From assembly GCA_950097015.1 (NCBI GenBank), contig CATNEN010000001.1, forward strand, positions 10,788,001-10,852,000: a stretch of 64,000 nucleotides of DNA, in the 5' to 3' direction. Under the pieces are notes generated by a model, which was not told the origin of the DNA, did no database searches, and saw only the letters and a list, made by a program, of their open reading frames with translations. Position 1 is the stretch's first letter. Each line of letters begins with the position of its first letter. This stretch comes from Macrostomum hystrix. Its lineage: Eukaryota > Animalia > Platyhelminthes. The position numbers and the translations under genes are program-made. Positions 35,397 to 48,437 of this stretch are shown one piece after another.

Positions 35397-35766
35397 GTGC
35401 ATGCCAGAACAGTGCCAAATAGACACACATGCCAAACACATGCCAGAACAGTGCCAAATAGACACACATGCCAAACACATGCCAGAACAGTGCCAAATAG
35501 ACACACATGCCAAACACATGCCAGAACAGTGCCAAAAAGACACACATGCCAAACACATGCCAGAATAGTGCCAAATAGACACATGCCAAACACATGCCAG
35601 ACATGCCAGACACATGCCAGAACAATGCCAAACACATGCCAGAACATGCCAGACATGCCAGACACATGCCAGAACAATGCCAAACACATGCCAGAACATG
35701 CCAGAATAGACACACATGCCAGACACATGCCAGACACATGCCAAACACATGCCAGAACAGTGCCAA
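35397..35766. repeat. ACATGCCA-based minisatellite (39-bp unit)
   Basis: Directly visible tandem units. Confidence 0.9.
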
Positions 35767-35865
35767 GTGCTTTAGATAAATATTGCTAAGTGATATCAAA
35801 TGAGTAGTTATACTTTCTAGATCACTTAATTATAGAATCCAAAGGTATAATTGACTAGCCTTTAT

Positions 35866-36203
35866 CAGTGGCATACCCAGGATTTTCAATTGGGGGGGTG
35901 TACCACTGGTACAACCAGGGGGGTAGCTGCCCCCCTTTCTGCATGAGGACCCAAAACATAGTAAGGGGGACCAAGCAAATTTCTTATCAAAACAGGCCTC
36001 AAACCCTATCTGCCACTCATACAGGATAATTCACCTTTGGTCCACCCCTCTCTGCCCCCCATACATAGGCAAGTAAAATATATAACAGTAGGTGCTGGGT
36101 CTGGCATTCACCACATCCTATCATAGCAATGGCATCACATGGTCACCCCCCAGGAGATTGGGGGGGGGGCTGCGGCCCCCCTGGCCCCCTGTGTATGCCA
36201 CTG
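35866..36203. mobile_element. Non-autonomous hAT-like MITE
   Basis: TIRs CAGTGGCATAC/GTATGCCACTG; 8-bp TSD GCCTTTAT. Confidence 0.88.
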
Positions 36204-36238
36204 GCCTTTATAGTTATTGTTCAAAATTAGTTTAAAGA

Positions 36239-36575
36239 CTAGCTGCCTTCGCTACCCTCTGGGTAGCCTCCCTGTGAGTTCTTATCAGTACGCGCGTGCG
36301 TTATCAAAACTGGCTCTGATGCAATCATTAAAATTGGCACTGGAGGCCTCACTGTGCACAAGCTGAAAACAAGAATGCATTAGAAAAGCCTATTTAAAAC
36401 TGTTTTTCGAATATTTAATCCCCTTGCCAATGGAATTAAGCTTAATAAAATTACGTGTACCGATTCCGGCCCATTTGTGATCTTTTGGCGAAGGAATTTT
36501 GAAAATCGGTTGAGCCGTTCGGGAGCTAGTCGATTGCAAACAAACATACAAGATTTTCATTTTTAGTATATTAAA
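36239..36575 (-). mobile_element. ~340-bp non-autonomous Helitron
   Basis: The minus-strand 5' part is homologous to 11378-11600. 3' hairpin GCTACCC-AGA-GGGTAGC followed by CTAG|T. Confidence 0.82.
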
Positions 36576-38398
36576 ATATAAAATAAACTTAAATGGCTAT
36601 CACAAGGAAAAACAATTTCATAGGCCTAGGCTTCAAAAATCACAAACTTCAACTATTTGACAATTATAATATAACTTATAATATAAAAAGGAAAAAACTT
36701 GTTAAATCACATTTCAATTAATAATTAAAAGTCAAATATGTTTAGAAATTATTAATATACTTTTGTGCTTAGTGCCTACAGGCTAGCTACATATAAAAAT
36801 GTTGCATATAAAATGTTCTTTGTCTAAAGCTTTGTTCCCATTGGCTCATTGAACTGCCCCCCTCTCTCACTCCCTCTTAGTATTTATAAAAAACTAATCT
36901 ATAAAGAAAAAGCACATAAAAATTGAAGCAACATCAAGTCAAACAATATCAATATAATATTTTTTTTCAAACCAAAAAATAACAAATACACATGTGCTTT
37001 TCTATCAATGGTGAAAACATAAAATATTTTAAAGCCAAAGTGAAATGTAAAATTGCCTGATTATGATTATCTACATTAGCTAAATAGATCAGCTGAACTT
37101 TTAATGTCAATGTTAGCCATTAGGCATTGGATATTTGGATATGTTTATCTAAATTAAAAAATAGGCATAACTAGCTATGGGAATAGGATGGCTGTGGGCC
37201 TATAGACCTCATAAATTAGGCCTATAATTTGATAGTTCTTTGCAGGCACTCCGAGAACAAATTCCTTGGTGCTGGCCTCATGATGCTAACTATAAGTAAG
37301 TGTCAAATAAAAAACTAAAATAAAATAAAAATATCTAGGCAACAATTGTAGAAATTAAGAGAATTAAGGTGCTTTTGAAAACTATCATGTAGGTCACGGG
37401 TAGACTATTTATGCAAGTTAGGCGCGTTTTTTGTTAAGACAATTGACGAATTCACGGCCCGGCCCGGGCCGGGCCGTGAATTACCGATACCCCTTTAATT
37501 GATGTAATTTAATTAGCCGATCAAAATAACAAAATGTGTCAAAAAAGCTGTTGCAGAAAACAAACAGTAAACATATATTATTATATTTGACTTGTTTGTA
37601 CTTTGCGAGTACATTTGCGTAAAAGGCTAGTCAAGGTTATTTTTTAATTTAATTCAAATTTAATAAACTCTTTTCGCTTTCACTTTCGCTTTCATCTTTG
37701 CATCTTCGCATTCGCTCCCTTAATCTCGCTTTCAATTACCCTTTCAATTGCACTGACTGCACCGCTCTACGCATCGTTCTACGCATACGTTCTACGGCAT
37801 CGTTCTACACAAGGAATGTCAAGCAAGAAAACTCGAACGCCCCGTACATCCTGGGCTCTACCGAACTCACTTCGTGTCATTCACGTAAGTTCATGCAAGT
37901 ACTACAAATATTACAACTTATATTACAACTACGGTGGCGCGGCGACTAGCCGCACCCAAATTCAGACCTAACCAGTCTTATGGCAAATTGTCTACAACAC
38001 AATCAGGGGAGGATTTAGGGGGGGGGCGAAATTTATTAAGAAAGTCTTATTTAAGGATAGTAGACTCAGCGTTTATTTAGAACGGATTTAGAGAAAGATA
38101 AAGGTGTGAGACAATTAGGTAGCTCTGGCGTAGCTCAACAGAAGTTACAGGTACAGTTTGGAAATTTAGCAATCTACCATAGATATAAAATTCTAGATTC
38201 TAGATTCTTACTTAGATTCTAGAAAATTCTAGAAGGAAAACTAGGATTGACTTACTATTAATAGATGCAGCCATTTTTAAGATAAACGATTACATATTTA
38301 ACACTCCCACTTAATGTTTAATAAAAATTCTAATGCATTCAGATAATGCATACATATACTTTTAATAAAGAGTTAAATGTCAGATCTGGAAGTAGTTA

Positions 38399-38890
38399 TC
38401 AGTTCAGTCTGAAATACTCGTATGAACGAACGGGAATTAGTTCCTTAAGTAATTGAAACTTGGCATTTGACAGTGCTTTTGTAAGAATGTCAGCAACCAT
38501 TTCTTCAGACGGACAGTAAACTAGTCGTAAAGTTCCACTGACTAACTTCTCACGCACGAAATGGTGACGGATATCAATGTGCTTGGAACGACTGTGGTAG
38601 ACAGGATTTTTCGCTAGAGCAATGCAGCCTTGATTGTCTTCTAGGATAGTGGCACATCTGACAGTTTCTATGCGAAGATCCCGTAGTAATTGTTGTAACC
38701 AAGTGGCTTCCTGAGTAGCAGCTGAGAGAGCCATGTACTCCGCCTCCGTTGTCGATAAGGCTACAGTTTGTTGCTTTTTGCTGCTCCAGCTAATCGGACA
38801 TTCAGCCAACTTAAAGATGTATCCTGTAGTAGAACGACGGACATTTTGATCTCCAGCCCAGTCTGCATCGGAATAGCCAATTAGGTCGAT
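38399..38890 (-). pseudogene. Copia RNase H remnant
   Basis: [16 protein letters not shown]; [18 protein letters not shown]; DNQGCI; [14 protein letters not shown]; ADILTKAL. Confidence 0.92.
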
Positions 38891-39189
38891 TTCGCGCGAG
38901 TCCTTCTGAAAAACTAATCCAGATAAAATCAGAATAGATGCAGCTATTTTTAAGATAAACGATTACATATTTAACACTCCCACTTAAAGTAGTAATGGTT
39001 CTGACTTTGCCTGCGTGAGGTTAAGACTTAAGAGTTCATCATGGAGCGTTTGATTCCGACATCGAGGTGCCTGTTTTAGTCCGTATATACTTCTTTCAAG
39101 TTTGCATACTATCCGCTGCCATAACCTATTAAGAAAGTCTTATTTAAGGATAGTAGACTCAGCGTTTATTTAGAACGGATTTGGAGAAA

Positions 39190-41511
39190 TGAAATAGCTG
39201 CGGGTTTGCAATCCGATGATCTGTCCTCGTGAAGGAAAGGAGTGTGGGGATGGCGATAGAGTCAGAAGTCGTACCGCAAAGTCTCGCGAGTTGCCGCGGA
39301 AAGAGGGATGAAGGGAGAGATGAAGGGAGAGACAGTGGATGCAGGGAGTGGTCCTCTCGGCCTCAGGCTGGCCAGTCCCACTCAACCCATAGGCCACAGG
39401 CATGACTGCCGTGCCTACCCCAAGCAGTGCTCGAAACCGGCTAAAAGTCTAAATAGACGTCGGACTACCCGCAAGCGGATAGGACAGGGCTAGGTAGCCT
39501 ACTGTCATCAGTAGCATGTTCGTAACTGACTCCTAAACTCGGTAGCAGTGGTCGACTCGGCCTAGGCTCTTGTCTTAGAAATGCGGAAAGGCTATCGGCA
39601 AAGCGGAAAATGATCTAGGGTAGCGCCACCACCCAGTGCGCCTACGTTGCCACCGCAGACATTTGGGAACTTGGGTCCCCGGAGCTCGCAGCTCCTAGTT
39701 TGTCACACAGATCTTAGACAAGCCGAAAAATAGAGCCTTCTGTAACTTCCGTTTTAGACTAGGGTGAAGACCCCAGAATGGATCGAGACACGCCTCACCA
39801 GGGGATTCCTGAATTTGCGCTACAGTGGTCTAGAAAGGTGGTACTCCGAACCCGAAGGAGAAAATCCATAGCCAGATTCCTACTCATGGGACATCAGACA
39901 CCTTCTGTACATTAGGCTGCAGCCTACACATTAAATAACTAGCAACCCGAGTCTGTGCGAGTTGAGGAAGACAGAGGCAGGAGAGGTTAAGCTGAACACT
40001 GGCTGAGTGATTATGCAAGCGTGAGATTAATTGAACATCACTCTCGTTCCCGTGGCCGCAGGTGCGAAAGGGGGACAGCGGGAAAACTCCATTGGAAAGG
40101 GAGCTCGACACGTACCTTGAACCCACCCAAGAGGGAGAAGGAAAACCGGCCAAGGATTCCCCCAACCCCCTGGAAAGGAAATGCACATGCTACCCTCCGC
40201 ATTTACTTACAAATCCCTAGCTCCATATTACTCTCATGCGCGCTTACAATTGCCTTCCCGCCGCAGCTTTCAGCTCGGCCGTGCCAGAGCCCATTCCCCT
40301 AATAGATTAGCCACTCATGGTAGAGGGCTGTCTAATGAGAAAATAAAGAGGAAATAACGGCATGGCGGAAAAGATTTAAATTGTTATTAAGTTTGGCCTA
40401 ATGTTTTAATAATTGGCGAATGAATAGTCCGTATATTAAGCCTCGAATCCTAAGCCCGTGCCCACTAATAGCCGCCTAATTAACAGAAAGCCCCTTAGGA
40501 GCAATAATTGCAAAAACCGCTGCGCGGGTTACTTAGCTGAAGTCGCTTCGGCTGCGTGCTGCAATCCCGTTGTTCTCGGGGAAGAGGATGGGATAAGACA
40601 GCAAAGGCCGGGAAGGGAAAGGTGCTGCGAGTCGGCAGGGGCCAACACGCTTGGAGCTCAAGGCTCAATTTAAACGGCTCACCTAAAGAGGTGGCTCGCG
40701 CTCAGGGGGAATGGGGACAGGCAATGGGCCTGCGCTAACTGTGGAGCTATGAGCTCTAGGGTCTATGCCCTAAGTGGGTCCGGAAAGGTGCTCTGGGTCC
40801 GGTGGGAGTCCGGCCCGGCAAAAGTAAGTCCGGCAGGGGAGAAGGGGAAGAGCCGGTGGGAGAAAAAGGTCCCGAGGGGGCAGCGCAGCGCGCTTGCTTA
40901 AATAGGCCTTGCAGCACGCCAACCCCGACATCCATCAAAGCAACCCACATTCGCGCCCGCCTGTCAACGGGGAATCGAAGCGACGACAGGCCGCCCCAAT
41001 TGCCCAATGAACCGGCGGCGGGAAACGACAGGTGCTCATCGAGAGCAGCCATCGGCAGACGGCCAACAATTGTTACTCCGCCGGGACAATGGAAGCGCAG
41101 GCGCCGACCTGCCTACAGTGATATTTACATGTATCTAAAGGAAGGAGGTCATAAAGTCGAGCTGGGCTCGAATACTGTAAAGAAGCGGGGACATGAAGAA
41201 TTTTATGATCACTCATAACGCGTGAGTGAGCCCCTATATCTGATCGCGGTTTGGAGGGGAATTATGACCTAAACTAGTTCATACAGTAACATTATGGCCG
41301 CGATCAGTCATTCCTACGGGGAGTCTAGACAACTCCGGAGAGAGGGGATTCGGCAGCTACTTGATTCACCGCCGCCCCAAACCTGGCCCTAAGATTAATG
41401 ATCTTGTTTTGTGGCCAGCTGCTATGTGGGTCGCAATTATTAGTTACTTAAAATTTGAAAAATTATGCTGGCTCACATTCCCACTCGATTCCCGCAGCAC
41501 ACTCCACATCA
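39190..41511. mobile_element. 2.3-kb insertion in the Copia 5' LTR, probably a Gypsy-type solo LTR
   Basis: TG...CA ends; 4-bp TSD GAAA; the LTR sequence resumes exactly after it; no credible ORF. Confidence 0.6.
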
Positions 41512-41916
41512 GAAAGATAAAGGGGTGAGACAATTAGGTAGCTCTGGCGTAGCTCAACAGAAGTTACAGGTACAGTTTGGAAATTTAGCAATCTACCATA
41601 GATATAAAATTCTAGATTCTAGATTCTTACTTAGATTCTAGAAAATTCTAGAAGGAAAACTAGGATTGACTTACTATTAATAGATGCAGCTATTTTTAAG
41701 ATAAACGATTACATATTTAACAAAATTTTGGTCATTGATTTATGGCGCCCCTAAGACGCTCCCTTAAGGGAGTGGTTGGCGCCCCTAATGGGGTGGTTGG
41801 CGCCCCTAATGGGGTGGTAGGCGCCCCTTATGGGGTGGTTGGCGCCCCCCTTGGTGCCCCATTGGCGCCCCCCTGACAATCCGCCCCCCCAAACAGAATT
41901 CCTGTATCCGCCACTG

Positions 41917-42615
41917 AACACAATCTCTCCTTTTCCACCCACTCCACAGAAAGTGAACTTCAGTCCTATCAAGTGTGTCAAGCCTGTCAAACATCCGTCG
42001 GGACTAGAACAACTGCCTTCGATCGCTCCGGCTGTACAAGCGCATGTTCCAACGCCTGTTCCAAAGACTCCGTCGGGAATAGTGTTACGGCCGTCGAGGC
42101 CTTCAATCGCTCCGGCTCTACAAGCACATGTTCCAACGACTGTTCCAAAGCCTCCGTCGGGAATAGTGTTACTGCCGTCCAGGCCTTCAATCGCTCCGGC
42201 TGTACAAGCGCATGTAACAACGCCTCATCGAAAGCCTGTTAAAGCGACTGTTCAAGCACAAGCTGCTGCTGCTGCTGCTGGATGCTCTAAGGCCGAATCT
42301 ACTCCAACCGCTTACCTCTACCAACCGCAGTCCCCCATGGCTGAGAAGGTGGAGGCATCAGTCAATCGGGCCATGCAGCAGACACGGCAGGAGCACACCA
42401 TCGTGGCGGCTATGACAATTGTCCAGCAAACAATAAGCGAGGCGCAAAGGCAGGGTTCAACGGTTCAAAGCGTAGCAAGAATCGCCAGCAGGGCGTCAAA
42501 GGCGGTACTCAAGTTTGATTCCGGACGGGTGACGCGGAGCACAGCTGAGTTGCAAAGAAAGAAGAATAATACGCCCCTGAGGGCGCTGCTGAACTGTACT
42601 CAACAGTTCGTGTGA
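41917..42615 (+). pseudogene. Pro-rich ORF with 84-bp (28-aa) repeats; in frame with an ORF starting at 37816 across the MITE
   Basis: PSIAPAVQAHVPT repeats; one in-frame TAA at ~37968; no domain recognised. Confidence 0.35.
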
Positions 42616-42901
42616 CCTGCCGTGTGACCTGCCGTGTGACCTGCCGTGTGACCTGCAGTCTAGGTCTTTAATAAATGCATTTCTCGCCTGCTTGAGAGTT
42701 TCGCAGGGTGACCTGTTGAGCAAGACAGGACAGGAATCCAGCTTGTCTTTTGCTGTGCATTATTTCTTTGATATTTGAGTCTTGATTCTTGAGTCTAGTT
42801 ATCCTGAGCGTGATGAGCAACTACTACTCCGCCTAAACTACATGTATCATAGTACAAGCCAGTACAGGCACTGTGCGAGGCTCATACGCGGGTGCGAGTT
42901 C

Positions 42902-43314
42902 CAAGGTCAAAGGGTAGCACCAATCCCTCAGAGCCGTAGCCAGAGGTACCTGATCACGCACAGGTGCGCGAACGCTGCGGACTGGCCGCATACCCTGTTG
43001 AGGTCAAAGGGTGGCACCTTTCCCTCCAGCCGGGTCTAGAGGTACCCAGTTTGGCTAGAGGCCCTGGATGGGTCATCCAGCGCTGTTGCCCATTCTGTCC
43101 GGCTGCCCTAGGGTTAGCCTTGAACACTCGCGGGACGTGTACCCATGGGTCAGCTGACGGGACAGCGTGGAGGGATTCCTGCACCCGAAGGCACAGGGCT
43201 CCTTCCTGCCAAGCCTGCTCAAAAAACGACTGCAGGTGTGAGGCATCGCAGACCTTAGCCCGTGGGCCTGGACTGACTCATACCTCACAGGCGTTGTGTC
43301 CTGCCGGTGCGAGC
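42902..43314 (-). mobile_element. Isolated LOA-like 5' end containing an HDV-like ribozyme copy (43089-43314)
   Basis: Near-identical to 22501-22913; P1, P1.1, P2, P3, L3 and J4/2 unchanged. Confidence 0.88.
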
Positions 43315-46300
43315 GAGGGTGGGGTCGCCACCGGACAGGGCCCGGGACCACATGCCACCTACGCCGCCATCGCACGTAGGCAACCTGCCGTTGTCATCAC
43401 CGGCAGAGACGGAAAAAGGCTGAGCAGCGAACAGCTCAGCAAAATTTGCCGCAACATAGATGCTATGCTGTGGCAACTCCAACTGAAGGGCGAGCCCCTG
43501 GCGGTCGGCGCAAGCGCTACCAGGGAATCGTGCTTCGTCGTCTGGCCCGGCGATGCGGAATCAGGGCGGCGGCTCCTTGAGTTGCTGCCCACGCAGAGCT
43601 GGGAGGCTGGCCTCGACTTCCTCCGTCCCGGCGAAAAGTGTCGTCACCAGCGCTGAGGACCTCCGCATGGGCCTCATCGCGATGAACCGGGAGCTGCCGA
43701 CAGCGGGCCTGATCGTGCACCGCACGATCCTGCGCCCCGACGTCACCGGTTTCACCGCCATTCTGGGCCTGTCCGAGCAATGGACACGCCGATACCCAGA
43801 TGGCGCCAACATCTGCATTGGTCTGTGGAAGACCAAAATCTTCGCCTTCGAGGCAGATAAAACTCGAGGTCAGACCGGGCCCACCACCGTACCGGCCACT
43901 GAAGGGTCCTCGGACCCCGAGGCTGGGACTGGGGGCCCAGTCTCGCCAAAAAAGGCCAGAGCGTGCCATCGCTGGCGGCTCTGAGCGTCGCCCCGCGCGC
44001 ATCACAAAGCGCCGGGGCCTTCTCCAGCGGGCTTCTTCTGCATGGCACACTCTGTCCGCCCTAGATCACTGATCTATGCTGCAAAAGCCTTAAATGCGTG
44101 GATGAGACCCGATCTCTCTAACGGGGACATCTGCGTCATCCAATCTGCACACATTGTGCCCAACAAGTTGACCCTCGTGGCATCCGCCTACCTGGCAGGC
44201 GACGCCCCCGTGGTCAGCGATACCCTCATCGCCCTCTGTGATTTCGCCAGGGCACGAAACTTTGAGCTGCTCCTCGCGGGAGATGCAAACTCGCATCACA
44301 CCCACTGGGGTAGCTCAAAAATCAATGACCGCGGCGAAGAGCTCCTGGCCTTCGTTAGCGGCACGCCTCTTAACTTCTGCAATGTGGGCAACACGCCCAC
44401 GTTCGACAATGGGCGGTTCGCTGAGGTGCTTGACGTCACCCTGGCCTCACCCGGCATCCTCCCAAGGGTGCTGGGGTGGGAGGTGTGGGAGACCGAAAGC
44501 TCGCTCTCGGACCACCGCTTCATTCGCTTCAACATCGGTACCCCCGATAAGAAGCAAAAGCCTATTTGGAGGCGTAATGTCAGAAATACCGACTGGCCCG
44601 TGTTCAGCCAAAAGCTGCATGAGGGCCTTCGGGATTCCGACCCCTCCATGGCCATGGCAACCACGCAGGACCTAGATGGAGTGGCTGCCCTGCTGGGCGG
44701 CGCCATCACAGAGGCCTACGAAATGGCTTGCCCGCTCAAAGCCTACAAAGGCAAAAAATCGGCCCCCTGGTGGAACCCCGAGCTCGGAGTCCTGAGACGC
44801 CGAGCAAAGGCTCTCCAGAGGAGGCTGAAAATCTCGCACGACCCTGATGACAAAGAGGCCTATACTCGCGCCATCCATGAGTTTAAGGGCCGGGTCAGAA
44901 GGGCAAAAGCGGACAAGTGGCGACAATACTGCGAAGGGCTTGAGGGCTCGCGGCCCACGGCCCGCGTGGTAAAGGCGCTCACCAACGACCGCTTCTCCAA
45001 GCTCTCATCGATCAAAAAGCCAGACGGCTCGATCACGGAGCGCCCGGAGGAAACGCTCGAGCTTATGCTAGGGCATTTCTTCCCGAGTGTACCGGCGTAC
45101 TTTGGCCCAGACGACCACTCACTTGGATGTCAGGGCCTGGCTCAGTCACTCGTCACGAATGACCGCATCGTTCACGCGGCAAAGTCATTCAACCCTTTTA
45201 AAGCACCTGGGCCAGATGGTATTTATCCGGCCTTTTTGCATGAAGCGGTCAAAAATGGCTGCTTCCTCCATCTCCTCTGCAGACTTCTACGGGCCTGCAT
45301 CGTGCTGGGCTATGTACCAGCGCTGTGGCACGAAGCCCGGGTCGTCTTCATCCCGAAGCCCCCAAAAGGCGACTATCGCTCGGTCAAGTCCTATCGCCCG
45401 CTAAGCTTGACTTCCACCTGCCTCAAGCTCATGGAAAGACTGGTGCTCTGGCGCCTTCTTACTGTAGAGCTAGGGCGGGCCCCGCTCTCCCCAAACCAGC
45501 ACGCCTTTCGGGCGGGCCGGTCCACGGAGAGCGCCCTCCACTGCATCGTGGAGACTCTCGAGAAGGCAGTGCTGGGCAGCGGTTTTGCCCTGGCTGTCTT
45601 CCTAGACATTGAGGGGGCCTTCGATAACGTTGTTTTCGAAGCATTTGAGGAGGCCCTGGTTTCCAGGGCCACTCACCCCCACCTCGTTCGCTGGGTCATG
45701 TACATGATCCGGCATCGCCACGTGGTGGCCCACCTCGAAGGCAGGCTGCTCTCGGCACCTGTCCTAAAAGGAGGGCCCCAAGGCGGCGTCCTCACCCCAC
45801 TGCTGTGGAATCTCGTCATGGATGAGCTGCTGAAAAGCACTCGTCCTGACCCAGTCCTGAAGGTGGGATATGCCGACGATGTGCGGTTATGTTTACCAGC
45901 AGACTTCTCTGGACCATTAAGCCTGACTCTCTATGTCAAGAATATTGCCATGGAAAAGCAGGTCCGGTGCCTTGGTCTCCTGCTAGACCATAGGCTTAAC
46001 TGGACCCCGCACATCGCCACAAAGGCCAAGAGGGCCCTGGCCATACTGGCGCAAGTCAGGCGTGCCGTGGGCACCACTTGGGGGCTAACCCCCAAGAACC
46101 TTTGGTGGATTTACACGGCGATCATTAGACCGTCCGTCGCATACGCTGGCCTCATCTGGGCCAGCGCCATGGGCATCCAGAAAAACCTGGAGGCGCTCTA
46201 TAGGGTGCAGGGCAGAGCCTGTCGTATGACGCTGAGCGCCCCACCCTCCACTCCCTTCGAAGGCATGAATGTTTTCCTTAACGCTACACCCATTGATATT

Positions 46301-47570
46301 TTCGTCAAGGGGGAAGCAGCAAAGTCCACCCGTCGTCTCCATGATGCGGGTGTCTCCTTCCAGAATTCGCGAGCCTTCTCGAAGCGCTCCCTTCTGCCTC
46401 ACTCTGACCTCTGCCTGAAAACTCTGGGCGAGTGCGGAGGGCTCACCATCCTTTCGGACGGGGCCCCGGCCACTTTACTCCGGAGCCACAGGTACAAAGT
46501 CAGCATCTCCCCTCGTAATGAGGTAAAGGACTGCTGGGATGACCCGGCAGTCCACTGTTACACTGACGGCTCTCTGATGAACGGTAAAGCGGGATTCGGA
46601 GTGTGCGTCGCCTCGGGTGGTGAGGTCCTCTGGACCCACTCCCAATACTGTGGCAAGAGCTCTAGCGTTTTCCAAAACGAAGTGCTCGCCATCAGCTTCT
46701 GTGCGGCTGAGCTGCGCCAGAGGCAGCTGGCTGGTCGGAGGATCTTTTTTCACTCCGACAGTCAAGCAGCCCTCAAGGCCCTCAGCCGCTGCACCTCTCG
46801 CTCCAGAACCACCTTGGACTGCAACACACAGTTAAACGGGCTGGCGCAGTCTAACAAGGTGGAGCTGTTGTGGATCCCTGGGCATGCCGGGTTCACAGGG
46901 AATGAAATGGCGGACCAGCTTGCTAAGGCTGGAGCAGCCAGCTCCCTGATGGGCCCGGGCCCGGAGTCCCCGATCCCCGTCTCTGTTGATAACTCCAGCA
47001 TCAACCGCTGGATGGAGACCCAGCACCGGAGGAGGTGGTCCAGCACCCTGAACTGTCGCCAGTCCAGGGCTGCGGTGCCAACCCCCTCTAGTAACCTGCG
47101 TAAGGCCTTACTCAGGCTTAACCGCAGAGACCTAAGAGCAGTCACTATGGCCCTTTCGGGACATGGCTGCTTCACCAGACACCGCTACCTTCAAGGCCAC
47201 GTGCCTGAGGAAACGTGTCCCTTCTGCTGCTCCGGACGTAAAAATACCGAGCATTTCATCTGCCACTGCCCGGCCTACACCCGGGCTAGGCTAAAACATC
47301 TCGGGCCGGCACCGACTCTTGCCGAGGCCTGCTCGCCCAAGAACATCCAACAGCTCGCCCACTTCCTCCGGGATACCGGCCGAGCTGATTTCTTCCCAGC
47401 CTATGACGAGGAAGATCGCGCGGCGGAATCGACCGACGGAACGCCCTGAGCGGCACCGCCTCGCTGGAGGCTGTCTGGCTGCCAGGGGTTAGCGATATGG
47501 GCGGCATCAGCCGCCTCCTCGCTGCGTCCGTCATGGAGGCTCCCTGCCGCTAAGTCAAGTCAGTAAGTCA
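43315..47570 (+). mobile_element. Decayed LOA-like element of a second family (ORF1 remnant plus ORF2 at ~44020-47449)
   Basis: APE/RT/RNase H/CCHC motifs; tail TAAGTCAAGTCAGTAAGTCA; deletions in ORF1, at the ORF1/ORF2 junction and right after YADDV. Confidence 0.9.
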
Positions 47571-48437
47571 TTGTACTCCGCCCTAACTATCATAGTACAA
47601 GCCAGTACAGGCACTGTGCGAGGCTCATACGCGGGTGCGAGTTCCGCAGTCTTGGATCAAGTCGCCAGTACTTCATAAATGCACAGTTGCTCTAATGACC
47701 AAGTCGCATGACCAGACTTACCTAGGCCCCTGAGCGCGATGAGCAACCATTGTACTCCGCCCAAACTATTATAGTACAAGCCAGTGCAGGCACTGTGCGA
47801 GGCTCATACGCGGGTGCGAGTTCCGCAGTCTTGGATCAAGTCGCCAGTAATTCATAAATGCACAGTTGCTCTAATGACCAAGTCGCATGACCAGACTGAC
47901 CTAGGCCCCTGAGCGCGATGAGCGACCATTGTACTCCGCCTAAACTATCATAGTACAAGCCAGTACAGGCACTGTGCGAGGCTCATACGCGGGTGCGAGT
48001 TCCGCAGTCTTGGATCAAGTCGCCAGTACTTCATAAATGCACAGTTGCTCTAATGACCAAGTCGCATGACCAGACTTACCTAGGCCCCTGAGCGCGATGA
48101 GCAACCATTGTACTCCGCCCAAACTATTATAGTACAAGCCAGTGCAGGCACTGTGCGAGGCTCATACGCGGGTGTGAGTTCCGCAGTCTTGGATCAAGTC
48201 GCCAGTAATTCATAAATGCACAGTTGCTCTAATGACCAAGTCGCATGACCAGACTGACCTAGGCCCCTGAGCGCGATGAGCGACCATTGTACTCCGCCTA
48301 AACTATCATAGTACAAGCCAGTACAGGCACTGTGCGAGGCTCATACGCGGGTGCGAGTTCCGCAGTCTTGGATCAAGTCGCCAGTACTTCATAAATGCAC
48401 AGTTGCTCTAATGACCAAGTCGCATGACCAGACTCAC
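47571..48437. repeat. 179-bp tandem satellite, ~4.8 units; a partial unit also at 42803-42902
   Basis: Units start at 47571, 47750, 47929, 48108 and 48287. Confidence 0.95.

Larger units (their letters stand above)
38034..41722 (-). mobile_element. Internally deleted Ty1/Copia element
   Basis: ~290-bp LTRs (38034-38322; 39127-41722, split); 5-bp TSD AAATT; PPT AGTGGGAG; PBS-like GGTTATGG; RT remnant RSIYGLKQAPR. Confidence 0.85.
38004..41916. mobile_element. hAT-like MITE expanded by nested LTR elements
   Basis: 8-bp TSD AACACAAT (37996-38003 / 41917-41924); imperfect TIRs CAGGGGAGGAT/ATCCGCCACTG; 21-bp GCGCCCC subterminal repeats. Confidence 0.8.

Noticed and set aside
42820-47645. ~75-bp target-site duplication around the second LOA-like element
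   Set aside because: The flanks are different, diverged units of the 179-bp satellite.
47571-48437. Hammerhead ribozyme or spliced-leader RNA gene array
   Set aside because: No CUGANGA/GAAA core and no Sm-site-like U tract after the donor motif.
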